This document shows positions 28,830-38,112 of a DNA stretch of 64,000 nt, one piece after another. The translations under genes and the position numbers were made by a program. The notes below the pieces were generated by a model that ran no database searches, was not told where the DNA came from, and worked only from the letters and a program-made list of their open reading frames with translations. How positions within the stretch are numbered: position 1 is the first letter of the stretch; each line of letters opens with the position of its first letter. Source of the stretch: an uncultured Helicobacter sp. (lineage in GTDB: Bacteria > Campylobacterota > Campylobacteria > Campylobacterales > Helicobacteraceae); NCBI GenBank assembly GCA_964464895.1, contig CAYXGY010000005.1, positions 15,061-79,060 of the forward strand, in the 5' to 3' direction.

Positions 28830-30221
28830 GTGCAAAAATATGAAAATTTTGAACCTCTAAAGGTATTTTTGGAAATTTGTGCGATTCCGCACGCAAGCTT
28901 TAAAACAGAGTTGCTCAAAGAATGGATTATCCAAGAAGCGCAAAAATTTGGGGCAAATGTGCAGTGTGATAATGCGGGTAATGTGCTTTGCACGAAAGGT
29001 TCTCCTAAACTATGCTTACAAGGGCATTACGATATGGTTTATGTAGGAGAATCTGCGAAGTTTCAAGTCAAACCAAAGTTTATCAAACGCAAGGGCAAAG
29101 AGTTTTTGTGTGCTAAGGATTCTAGTTTGGGAGCGGATAATGGAGCGGCTTTAGCCTGTATGTTGCTTGCTTTGAGAGATTGTCAGCATATAGAATGTTT
29201 ATTTACGATTGATGAGGAAGTGGGAATGCTAGGTGCAAGAGAGATTGCATTGACTCTCAAGTCTCCTTATATGCTAAATTGCGATAGTGAGGAGATTAGT
29301 GAAGTAGTGTATTCGTGTGCGGGAGGATATGATTTAGAATGTAGAGCAAACTTTAAAACTCTTCCAATCCCACAGAATTGTGAATTGATAGAAATTCATA
29401 CACAGGGATTTATTGGCGGACATAGCGGGATTGAAATCCACAAAGGGATTCCTAATGCGGTAATAGAATTAGCCCAAGTGGCTCAAGCCCTAGTAGAATG
29501 TGGCGCACTCGTCATAGAATTTTTGGGAGGCGAGAAAAGAAACTCTATTCCTGTCAATGCGACTTTATTAATTGCGATTCCACAGAGTCAAATCATACAA
29601 TGTAAAGAAGTGATAGAGAGAATCCAGAAAGAAAAGCGAAAAGATTCCGCATATTTTAAAATAACGTCAATCAATCTAACGCAACTCAATGCAGCAAAAC
29701 AACGATATTTTGATATTTGTCCGTTGCTAGAGGCACTTTTGAGCATACAAAATGGCGTCATCGTTGCGGATAAAGGCGAGCCGATTCTTTCAAGCAGTCT
29801 TGGAATCCTGCGACAAACACCCAAAGGCGAAGAAACACAAGTGCATTTTATCGCAATGGGACGCGGCAATCAAGAATCTTTAATGCAAGAAAACATCGCA
29901 AAAGAAAAAACAAAATTGCAAACGTTGGGCTTTGATGTGGAATTGTTAGATTATTATGCGCCTTGGGAGAGAGAAGAAAGTGAGTTATTGAAAGTGGTTT
30001 GGGAGATTGTTTGTGCGCATAATCCTCAAGCGGAGCTAAAAAGCATTCACGCAGGGCTTGAATGTGGAATCTTAAAGCAAAAATATCCCGCAATCAGTTT
30101 TGTTTCCATTGGTCCTACGATTTCGCATCCGCATTCTGTTAAAGAAGAAATGGATTTAGAAAGTTTTGTGCAATTTGATAGGATTTTAAAAGAGGTCTTA
30201 AAAAGATTCCAAGCATTTTAG
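28830..30221 (+). CDS. pepD: aminoacyl-histidine dipeptidase PepD (M20 family)
   Basis: LQGHYDMV, GADNGAA and DEEVGMLGA motifs. GTG start with AAGGAAAG upstream. Confidence 0.85.
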   Translation: MQKYENFEPLKVFLEICAIPHASFKTELLKEWIIQEAQKFGANVQCDNAGNVLCTKGSPKLCLQGHYDMVYVGESAKFQVKPKFIKRKGKEFLCAKDSSLGADNGAALACMLLALRDCQHIECLFTIDEEVGMLGAREIALTLKSPYMLNCDSEEISEVVYSCAGGYDLECRANFKTLPIPQNCELIEIHTQGFIGGHSGIEIHKGIPNAVIELAQVAQALVECGALVIEFLGGEKRNSIPVNATLLIAIPQSQIIQCKEVIERIQKEKRKDSAYFKITSINLTQLNAAKQRYFDICPLLEALLSIQNGVIVADKGEPILSSSLGILRQTPKGEETQVHFIAMGRGNQESLMQENIAKEKTKLQTLGFDVELLDYYAPWEREESELLKVVWEIVCAHNPQAELKSIHAGLECGILKQKYPAISFVSIGPTISHPHSVKEEMDLESFVQFDRILKEVLKRFQAF

Positions 30222-30263
30222 TGAAATCCTAAAGAGATTCTGCTAAAATTATGCGAAATTTAG

Positions 30264-31154
30264 ATGATTAGGAAATCCTCAATGATAAAAAATCAATGGA
30301 ATTTAAAACTTCTCTGTCCGCTTATTTGCTTTAGTATCTTGTCGTTTAATTCTAGTTTATTTGCTGCTCCCTCTCTTGTCAATGGGATTGCATTTTTTGT
30401 GAATGATTATCCTGTTACTTTAATGGAAATGTATAAGATACAGCAACGCGATAAAGTTTCACAACAGGTTGCAATGGATTTGTTGATTAATGACCGCTTG
30501 CATAAAGAAGAGATTGACAAGAGAAAAATCGTCATTAGTGAGATTGAGATTCAAGATGAGATTGCACGAATCGCAAGGCAAAACAAAGCGACATTAGAGC
30601 AAGTCAAAAGCTATATTATAGGCAATGGCGGGAGTTGGGAGCATTATAAGGAAGAAATCAAACACAATTTACAAAAAAGAAAACTTTACCAGTCTATTAC
30701 ACAAGAGGGTTTAAGAATGGTAGATGAAAAAGAGCTAGAAAATTACTATTCTACCCATAGGCAAGAATTTTCTATCCCTCAAAGCATTGAAGTGGTAAAG
30801 TATTTTAGCAACAATGCACAAGCACTTGAAAAAGTCGTTCAAAGCAATGGCAAAGTGATTCCAAGTGGTGTGAAAAAAACAAATGAAGTATTGCAGACGA
30901 TAGAATTGCATCCCCAAATTGTCCAAGCTTTCACACAAGGGGCAGTGGGTAGATTTACGCCAATTTTTCCGATTGCTGATGAATTTGTCGTGTTTGTGAT
31001 TAAAGCTAAAAATAATCCCGCTCTTTTGCCTTATGAGAACGTGCGTAATGTTGTAATGCAAAAAATTATGGAGCAAAAAGAGGATTATTTGATTTATGAG
31101 TATTTTGAGAAATTGCGCTCTAATGCGAGAGTAGATATTGTGCGTTTAAATTAA
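30264..31154 (+). CDS. SurA-N-like periplasmic chaperone / PPIase-related protein
   Basis: Signal peptide with a SurA N-terminal-domain-like helical region. I see no clear parvulin motif. Confidence 0.5.
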   Translation: MIRKSSMIKNQWNLKLLCPLICFSILSFNSSLFAAPSLVNGIAFFVNDYPVTLMEMYKIQQRDKVSQQVAMDLLINDRLHKEEIDKRKIVISEIEIQDEIARIARQNKATLEQVKSYIIGNGGSWEHYKEEIKHNLQKRKLYQSITQEGLRMVDEKELENYYSTHRQEFSIPQSIEVVKYFSNNAQALEKVVQSNGKVIPSGVKKTNEVLQTIELHPQIVQAFTQGAVGRFTPIFPIADEFVVFVIKAKNNPALLPYENVRNVVMQKIMEQKEDYLIYEYFEKLRSNARVDIVRLN

Positions 31155-31173
31155 AGGGGCAAGGTTGCTAAAG

Positions 31174-31701
31174 ATGAAAAGGGTTTTTCAAATAGGGAGT
31201 TTTTGTATGGTGATGAGTACGGTTGCAGGTGTGTTCGTAGGTTGTGCTGCAGGAGATTCTATCACGCCTAATGAGCCGAAGTTTTCCCAATGCTATAATC
31301 AAGAAACCAACACGGCTAAAAATTGTGAAGCAATGGACTTTAAGAATCTTTTAGAATCTAAAAAAGAATGGAAAATCCATTCCTATCATTTTAAAGGCAA
31401 TACGATTATTTTAGAAAAACAGATAGAGAACCCCCCGATTTTGCGATTTCATAATCAAGAAATCAATGGCACATTGGGTTGCAATCAGTTTTTTGGAGGC
31501 TATTTAATAGAGGGTAATCATTTCAATCCTGTTAATATTGGAATGACGCGCAAAATGTGCGAACCAAAAACAATGGAACACGAAGACATTATGGTACGTA
31601 ATTTTTTAAATACCCCTACGAAAATTCTTATTGTAGAAGAAGTTGAGGGAATGAGTAAAATTTTCTTTATAGGAAAAGATTTTTATATGGTCTTAAATTA
31701 A
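31174..31701 (+). CDS. META-domain lipoprotein (HslJ-like)
   Basis: Lipobox (FVGC) and the META signature (GTLGCNQFFGGY). Confidence 0.65.
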   Translation: MKRVFQIGSFCMVMSTVAGVFVGCAAGDSITPNEPKFSQCYNQETNTAKNCEAMDFKNLLESKKEWKIHSYHFKGNTIILEKQIENPPILRFHNQEINGTLGCNQFFGGYLIEGNHFNPVNIGMTRKMCEPKTMEHEDIMVRNFLNTPTKILIVEEVEGMSKIFFIGKDFYMVLN

Positions 31702-31776
31702 AGGCATAAGTTTAAAGATATTTTTACCAAAATTACAATAGGCTTTAGATTTTAAGATTAATGAAAAAGGCAAAGT

Positions 31777-32580
31777 ATGTGGGTTACGAAATCCTATAAT
31801 GATAAATTCCAACAAGAATATAAAATAGAGCGCAAATTACACGAAATCAAGGGCGAAAGGCATACCTTAGAGCTTTTTAATTCTGAAGCATTTGGTGAGA
31901 TTGCTTTATTAGATGAGGGAATGTTGCTTCAGAATATGCTTTGTGTGCAAAGTGAGTTTTTGGCTCATCTTCTAGCTTGTTCGCATAAATCCCCCAAACG
32001 CGTGCTAATTGCTGGGAGTTTCAACCTAGAAATTGCATTTGAATTTTTGCGTCATAAAGATTTATATGTGGATTTTTTGCAATTTGATTTGAAAGTATTA
32101 GAATCATTGGTTAGCTTTTTGCCGCATTATAAAGAAGTAATGGAATCCCCATATTTCACACTGATTCCACAACAAAGCAAAGAATTTTTGGAGCAAAACT
32201 CAAAGGAGAGTAGGGCAAGTTATGATATTGTCTTGCTTTTGGATTCTAAGCAAAATGCTCAAGACTACCAAATGCTCTTAGATGAAAAAGGAATTTTGAT
32301 GATGAAATCCCCACAGATTTTATTAGAAACTTTAGAAGTTAAAAAATTATTAGAATCCTTAGGAGACTTTAGGGTGAAAATGCCGTGCTTCGCGCCTTTG
32401 TCTCTTTTGCAGGATTGTTATATTTTTGCCTCTAAAGTCTATCACCCCACAGCAGATATTCAGTTACAACGCGCAGATATGCTAGAGGATTTGCAGTATT
32501 ATCACGCAAATTTGCATTTGAGTGCATTTACCTTGCCAAAATCTGTTAAAGTGGCACTCTTGGGAGTGGCTAAAAATTGA
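31777..32580 (+). CDS. speE: spermidine synthase-like protein
   Basis: 267 aa with a methyltransferase-fold-like core (VLIAGSFNLE). Position directly upstream of coaE is as I recall for Helicobacter speE. Confidence 0.55.
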   Translation: MWVTKSYNDKFQQEYKIERKLHEIKGERHTLELFNSEAFGEIALLDEGMLLQNMLCVQSEFLAHLLACSHKSPKRVLIAGSFNLEIAFEFLRHKDLYVDFLQFDLKVLESLVSFLPHYKEVMESPYFTLIPQQSKEFLEQNSKESRASYDIVLLLDSKQNAQDYQMLLDEKGILMMKSPQILLETLEVKKLLESLGDFRVKMPCFAPLSLLQDCYIFASKVYHPTADIQLQRADMLEDLQYYHANLHLSAFTLPKSVKVALLGVAKN

Positions 32581-33185
32581 GTTTTACGCACGCTATTGCC
32601 CTAAGTGGTGGAATCGCAAGCGGTAAAAGCACGGTGGCTTCCCTGCTTAAACTCTACGGATATTGCGTGATTTGTGCAGACCAAATTGCGCATAAAGTAT
32701 TAGAGGCTAGCGCGGAAGAAGTGCTCGAAGTGTTTGGTGATGGAATCTTAAATTCTAATCCAAAGGATTTTGTTAAAATTGACCGCAAAAAGTTAGGGGC
32801 GATTGTCTTTGCAGATAAGCAAGAAAGAGCGAAATTAGAATCCATTTTGCACCCAAAAATCAAAGAAGAAATCACATTGCAAGCACATAAACAAGAGAAT
32901 AAAGGGATTCCATATTTTATTGACATTCCCTTATTCTTTGAAACAAAACATTATCCAATTTCTCATTCTTTGCTGATTTATGCAACAAAGGAATTGCAGA
33001 TTGAACGTCTTAAGGTGCGCAATGGTTTAAACACACAAGAAGCACTAAGCCGCATAGAATCGCAAATGCCACTAGAGGATAAACGCGTAATGGCAAGTTA
33101 TGTGATTGATAATTGTGGCACTTTAGAGGAATTGCAAAGCGCAGTAGAAATGTATCTGCACTCTTTGCAGAAGCTTAAAACTTAA
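32577..33185 (+). CDS. coaE: dephospho-CoA kinase
   Basis: P-loop ALSGGIASGKST near the N-terminus, 202 aa, TTG start overlapping the speE stop. Confidence 0.9.
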   Translation: MSFTHAIALSGGIASGKSTVASLLKLYGYCVICADQIAHKVLEASAEEVLEVFGDGILNSNPKDFVKIDRKKLGAIVFADKQERAKLESILHPKIKEEITLQAHKQENKGIPYFIDIPLFFETKHYPISHSLLIYATKELQIERLKVRNGLNTQEALSRIESQMPLEDKRVMASYVIDNCGTLEELQSAVEMYLHSLQKLKT

Positions 33186-33229
33186 TTTAAGCTTTGTTTG
33201 TTATAATTGCGCCCTTTAAGTCAAGTGTA

Positions 33230-33305
33230 GGGGTGTTAGCTCAGCTGGGAGAGCGCAACGCTGGCAGCGTTGAGGTCAGGAGTTCGAACCTCCTACACTC
33301 CACCA
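33230..33305 (+). tRNA. tRNA-Ala (anticodon GGC)
   Basis: Cloverleaf folds by hand. The G3:U70 Ala identity pair is present, the anticodon loop is CTGGCAG, and CCA is encoded. Confidence 0.9.
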
Positions 33306-33309
33306 TTGT

Positions 33310-33386
33310 GCGTCCGTAGCTCAGCTGGATAGAGCAACAGGTTGCGGTCCTGTAGGTCGGGGATTCGAATTCCTCCGGGCGTACCA
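33310..33386 (+). tRNA. tRNA-Arg (anticodon GCG as read)
   Basis: Arm by arm: GCGTCCG-TA-GCTC-AGCTGGATA-GAGC-A-ACAGG-TTGCGGT-CCTGT-AGGTC-GGGGA-TTCGAAT-TCCTC-CGGGCGT-ACCA. Confidence 0.8.
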
Positions 33387-33884
33387 CTCTCTTTTCTTGC
33401 CTATAATTTTTTAAGCTTATTAATATAAAGTCAAATAGCGAAAATAAAATATTTGAATTTGAGCAAACCGAGATAGAATTTCTGTTTGTAATTCCCATTA
33501 AAATAACAATGAGCTACAATGGAGACATTTCTGTGGCAAGGCTTTTTAGAGAAAAGCCTAACGCACGATTCAAAACTCATAAAATCTACGATTCTATTCT
33601 TTTGATGAAAACAAATTTTTGCATATAAGAGTTTTTATTACATAAGTTCTTTCTTGAATCGTTTATGAACACACCGACTTAAAAGAAAATAAACAGGTGA
33701 AAGTAAGTAGAAAAGCTAGCGGAAAAACACTCTGGTTTTTTTATTATTTTTTAAGTTTTTTTGATTAGAATTGCCATCTCAATAATTGTGTAATACTCAT
33801 TACATATTTCAGAAATAGTCATCAAATAAAGCAAAGCGTAGAGTAAAATTCTATGGCTTTGGAGTCAAGTTTAAGTGAGAGAAA

Positions 33885-34970
33885 ATGAGAAATTATCTAA
33901 AAATACTTTTCAAGTTGTCTTTTGGTATGTTTTGTGCGGTTGTGTTGCTAGCAGGTTGCTCTAAAGAAAACAATAATAATGCACAGCCTCAAAATATGGC
34001 AATGCCTGTCAATACATATAGTGTAAAAAAGCAAGATGTGCCTATTAACTTTGAATATCCCGCAAAGCTAACAAGCTTGCAAAGTGTCGGAATCTATGCG
34101 CGCGTGGAGGGAGTTTTATTAGAGCAGCATTTTGTTGAAGGTGGATTGGTTCAAAAGGGTGATAAACTCTTTAAGATTGAACCTGACAAATATCAAGCAG
34201 CAGTTAATATGGCGCAAGCAGCTTTTAAAGCTGCACAACGTGATTGGATTAGGGCGCAAAAGCTTTTTAAAAACAAAGCACTTAGTCCAAAAGAATATGA
34301 TTCTGCGCAATCTGCGTATGAAAATGCGCGTGCGAGCCTAGATACTGCCATCATTGATTTAAATTATACTGATGTTGTCGCAACTGCAAGTGGTAAAATC
34401 AGTATGAAACGTTATGACATTGGGGATTTGGTGGGCAAAGCGGGTGCGGATAATTTGCTCACAACGATTACACAACTAGACCCAATTCATGCAGAATTTT
34501 CTATTCCGAGCAACGATTATTATTTCTTGCGCACTTTGGATTATGAAAATGTCAAGGTGATTTATCTGCTTCCCGATGGAACGCCCTTTGATAATCTTGG
34601 CAAAATGGATTTCATTGATAGCGTCTTAGAGGCAAGCACAGCGACAATCAAAGCGCGTGCGATTGTAGAGAATCCCGAGCATTTGTTAGTGCCCGGAGAA
34701 TTTTCGCGCATTCGTTTAGACGGAATCATCGCAAAAGATTGCATTGTGATTCCACAAGTTGCTTTGATGCAAGAAGCCAAAGGGAGCTTTGTGTTTAAAG
34801 TTGTTGATGGTAAAGCCCAGCCAACTCCTGTGGTTTTGGGTAATAATGTTGGTAATGATGTTGTTATTAAAAGTGGTTTAAATGACGGGGATATAATCAT
34901 TACAAGCAATTTGATTAAGCTGCGTCCAGGTGCTCCTGTAACTCCAATGAATCAAGCACCAAAGCCTTAA
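33885..34970 (+). CDS. RND efflux periplasmic adaptor (membrane fusion protein, AcrA/CmeA-like)
   Basis: Lipobox (LLAGC) with HlyD/biotinyl-lipoyl-like hairpin architecture. It is the first gene of an MFP-RND-OMF operon. Confidence 0.9.
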   Translation: MRNYLKILFKLSFGMFCAVVLLAGCSKENNNNAQPQNMAMPVNTYSVKKQDVPINFEYPAKLTSLQSVGIYARVEGVLLEQHFVEGGLVQKGDKLFKIEPDKYQAAVNMAQAAFKAAQRDWIRAQKLFKNKALSPKEYDSAQSAYENARASLDTAIIDLNYTDVVATASGKISMKRYDIGDLVGKAGADNLLTTITQLDPIHAEFSIPSNDYYFLRTLDYENVKVIYLLPDGTPFDNLGKMDFIDSVLEASTATIKARAIVENPEHLLVPGEFSRIRLDGIIAKDCIVIPQVALMQEAKGSFVFKVVDGKAQPTPVVLGNNVGNDVVIKSGLNDGDIIITSNLIKLRPGAPVTPMNQAPKP

Positions 34971-34986
34971 AAGAAAGGGTTTTGTA

Positions 34987-37900
34987 ATGTTTTCTAAATT
35001 TTTTATTGAGCGTCCTGTTTTGGCAATGGTAATGTCTATTATCATTGTGATTTCTGGGGCTTTATCCGCTTTTTCTTTGGCAGTAGAAGAATATCCTCAA
35101 GTAACTTCTCCACAAGTCGTTGTGCAGGCTACTTATCCCGGTGCAAGTGCGGAGGTTATTTCTAGCAGTGTTGCAAGTGTGCTTGAAAATAGCATCAATG
35201 GGGTAGAAAATATGATTTATATGCAGAGTTCTTCTACTTCTAGTGGCTCTTTGAGTATTAATGTATATTTTACTAATGAGACAGACCCAGACCAAGCTAC
35301 AATCAATGTCAATAACCGCGTCCAAGCAGTGTTGAGCAAATTGCCTCAAGAGGTGCAAAGATATGGTGTAACCGTAGATAAAAGAAGTTCCACGATTCTA
35401 GCGGTGTATGCTTTGTTTTCTGATATGCCTAATCAAGATGAAGTCTATATTGCAAACTATGCTTCTATCAATATCTTAGATGAATTGAAACGCGTACCTG
35501 GTGTAGGGGACGCGACTTTGTTTGGTTTGCAAGAATATTCTATGCGCATTTGGCTTGCGCCTGATAAATTGCTTAAATACAATCTTACGCCATCAGAGGT
35601 AATTGGATTAATCCAAGAGCAAAACTCGCAATTTGCCGCAGGGTATTTTGGGCGAGAGCCAATGCAAAATAATTTGGAATTTACTTATAGTGTAACGACA
35701 AAGGGACGTTTTAGTGATGCAAAAGAGTTTGAAGAGATTTTGATTAAGACAAACGAAGATGGTTCTGCCTTGCGTCTTAAAGATATTGCGCGGATTGAGT
35801 TAGGAGCAGAGGATTATAGCTTAAGTGAATATTATAAAGGTAAGCCTGCTATTGCGTTTGGTGTCTTTTTGCAACCCGGAGCAAACGCACTCAATGTTGC
35901 AGATGGTGTTTCAAAAAGATTAGAGGAGCTATCAAAAGATTTTCCCGATGGTTTGCAATATGCGATTTCATATGATACAACCCAATTCGTGAAAGTATCT
36001 ATTGGTGAGGTGATTAAAACTTTCGTAGAAGCAATTCTTCTTGTTGTGATTGTAATTTACTTCTTTTTGCAAAACTTTAGAGCCACGATTATTCCTGTGA
36101 TTGCAGTGCCTGTTTCTATTATCGGTTCTTTTGCAGGAATGTATTTGTTAGGATTCTCTATCAATTTGCTTACGCTTTTTGGGCTTATTCTTGCGATTGG
36201 AATCGTAGTAGATGATGCGATTATCGTAATTGAGAATGTGGAGCGATTGATTCATACAGAGAAACTTCCCGTAAAACAAGCTACGATTAAGGCAATGGAG
36301 GAGATTCAAAGTCCGGTGGTTGCGATTGTATTGGTGCTCTCTGCCGTGTTTATCCCTGTGGCATTTATCGGGGGGTTCTCGGGAGAAATTTATAAACAAT
36401 TTGCTGTAACGATTGTTATTTCTGTAGTTATTTCCGGATTCGTTGCTTTGACTTTGACGCCTGCACTTTGTGTTTCGATTCTTAAAACTAAAGAACCCAA
36501 GCCTTTTTATATTGTCAAACGATTCAATGATTTCTTTGATTGGCTAACACATAAATTCACAGATAAAGTCGCACACACGATTCGGCGAGGAAGCTTATAT
36601 GTGATTCTTTTTATGGGACTTCTTGCTATCACTGTTGGACTTTTTACGCGTGTGCCAAGCGGGCTTGTGCCATCAGAGGATAAAGGAACGTTGTTAGTTT
36701 CTATGCAGCTTCCGCCAGCAACAGCTTTAAACAAAACGGCACAAATGGCAGATTTCGTAGGTAAAACCGCAATGGATAATCCAAACATAGAGGGGATTAT
36801 GACACTAGCGGGTTATGATATTCTCTCTAGTGCGGTAAAAAGCAATGCGGGGACAGCTTTTATCAAACTAAAGGATTGGAGAGAAAGGAAAAAAGCCGAG
36901 CAGCATTCCCAAGTCTTAGCAGGTTCAATGACAGGGCAATTAATGCAATATCCAAGTGCGATTATTTTTGCGCTCAATCCCCCTCCCATTATGGGATTGA
37001 GTTTGACGGACGGGTTTGAAATGTATATTCAGAATCGTACAGGTGCTTCGGTAGAAGAATTACAAAAAAATACACAACTTGTGCTAGAAGCTGCTGCAAA
37101 GCGTCCAGAACTCACAAGTGTGCGCACGACTTTGAGTGTGAATGTGCCACAATATCATGTGAATTTAGACAGAGAAAAAGCTAAAGCAATGGGTATCAAT
37201 ATCAACGATGTCTTTACGACACTGCAAGCAACTTTTGGTTCGTATTATGTCAATGATTTTAATCTCTTTGGGCGCACTTATAAGGTAAATGTGCAGTCAG
37301 AAAGCCCCTTTAGAGAAAAGCCAGAGGATTTGCGCAATGTCTTTGTGCGCTCTAACAGTGGAGAGTTAGTGCCTATTAGTGCGCTTGTGCGATACGAACG
37401 CGTGATTGGTCCTGATATTTTAGAGAGATTCAATCTTTTTCCAGCAGCGAAACTTATGGGAGATGCGACACAGGGTTATTCTTCAGGTGATGCGTTAGCT
37501 GCAATTGAACAAGTCGCAGAGGAAGTTTTGCCGGAGGGGTATTCTGTGGCATTTTCAGGGAGTTCTTATCAAGAGAAAGCGACAAGTGGTACAGGAACGA
37601 TTGCCTTTATTTTTGGACTTGTTTTCGTTTTCTTGATTCTAGCTGCGCAGTATGAACGATGGTTGATGCCATTAGCAGTAGTTACTGCTGTTCCTTTTGC
37701 GGTATTTGGTGCAATTTTTGCAACTTGGCTTAGAGGGTTAAATAACGATATTTATTTCCAAGTTGGATTAATTACTCTAATTGCCTTAGCAGCAAAAAAT
37801 GCAATTTTGATTATTGAGTTTGCAATGCAGGCAAGAGAACACGAGGAAAAAGATATTTACGATTCTGCTGTGGAAGCGGCTAGACTTAGATTCCGCCCGA

Positions 37901-38112
37901 TTGTAATGACTTCACTTGCCTTTACGATAGGGGTTTTTCCTCTCGTGATTAGTAGCGGTGCGGGGGCAGCAAGTCGCCACGCAATTGGAACAGGGGTTGT
38001 AGGTGGAATGCTTGCGGCGACTTTCATTGCGACTTTCTTTATTCCGCTATTTTATACTTATTTTGCGAGGCTTAGCGAATTTATCGCAACTTTTAGGAGC
38101 AAACATGACTAG
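34987..38112 (+). CDS. RND multidrug efflux pump inner-membrane transporter (AcrB/CmeB-like)
   Basis: 1041 aa with 12-TM/2-loop architecture. N-terminus is MFSKFFIERPVLAMV, and the VVDDAIVVIEN-type motif is present as VVDDAIIVIENV. Confidence 0.95.
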   Translation: MFSKFFIERPVLAMVMSIIIVISGALSAFSLAVEEYPQVTSPQVVVQATYPGASAEVISSSVASVLENSINGVENMIYMQSSSTSSGSLSINVYFTNETDPDQATINVNNRVQAVLSKLPQEVQRYGVTVDKRSSTILAVYALFSDMPNQDEVYIANYASINILDELKRVPGVGDATLFGLQEYSMRIWLAPDKLLKYNLTPSEVIGLIQEQNSQFAAGYFGREPMQNNLEFTYSVTTKGRFSDAKEFEEILIKTNEDGSALRLKDIARIELGAEDYSLSEYYKGKPAIAFGVFLQPGANALNVADGVSKRLEELSKDFPDGLQYAISYDTTQFVKVSIGEVIKTFVEAILLVVIVIYFFLQNFRATIIPVIAVPVSIIGSFAGMYLLGFSINLLTLFGLILAIGIVVDDAIIVIENVERLIHTEKLPVKQATIKAMEEIQSPVVAIVLVLSAVFIPVAFIGGFSGEIYKQFAVTIVISVVISGFVALTLTPALCVSILKTKEPKPFYIVKRFNDFFDWLTHKFTDKVAHTIRRGSLYVILFMGLLAITVGLFTRVPSGLVPSEDKGTLLVSMQLPPATALNKTAQMADFVGKTAMDNPNIEGIMTLAGYDILSSAVKSNAGTAFIKLKDWRERKKAEQHSQVLAGSMTGQLMQYPSAIIFALNPPPIMGLSLTDGFEMYIQNRTGASVEELQKNTQLVLEAAAKRPELTSVRTTLSVNVPQYHVNLDREKAKAMGININDVFTTLQATFGSYYVNDFNLFGRTYKVNVQSESPFREKPEDLRNVFVRSNSGELVPISALVRYERVIGPDILERFNLFPAAKLMGDATQGYSSGDALAAIEQVAEEVLPEGYSVAFSGSSYQEKATSGTGTIAFIFGLVFVFLILAAQYERWLMPLAVVTAVPFAVFGAIFATWLRGLNNDIYFQVGLITLIALAAKNAILIIEFAMQAREHEEKDIYDSAVEAARLRFRPIVMTSLAFTIGVFPLVISSGAGAASRHAIGTGVVGGMLAATFIATFFIPLFYTYFARLSEFIATFRSKHD

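Noticed and set aside
28360-28896. 178-aa ORF antisense to the HhH-GPD glycosylase gene and the pepD start.
   Set aside because: It overlaps two motif-supported genes on the other strand and has no recognisable features.
33241-33498. 85-aa ORF on the minus strand.
   Set aside because: It is mostly the reverse complement of the tRNA-Ala and tRNA-Arg genes, so it is an artefact.
33509-33628. 39-codon ORF (MSYNGDISVARLFREKPNARF...) in the 500-bp gap after the tRNAs, next to an 8-bp hairpin (AGGCTTTT/AAAAGCCT).
   Set aside because: It has no Shine-Dalgarno sequence and its composition is unremarkable. The hairpin lacks a U-tract on either strand. The gap may still hold an sRNA or promoter, but I cannot support one.
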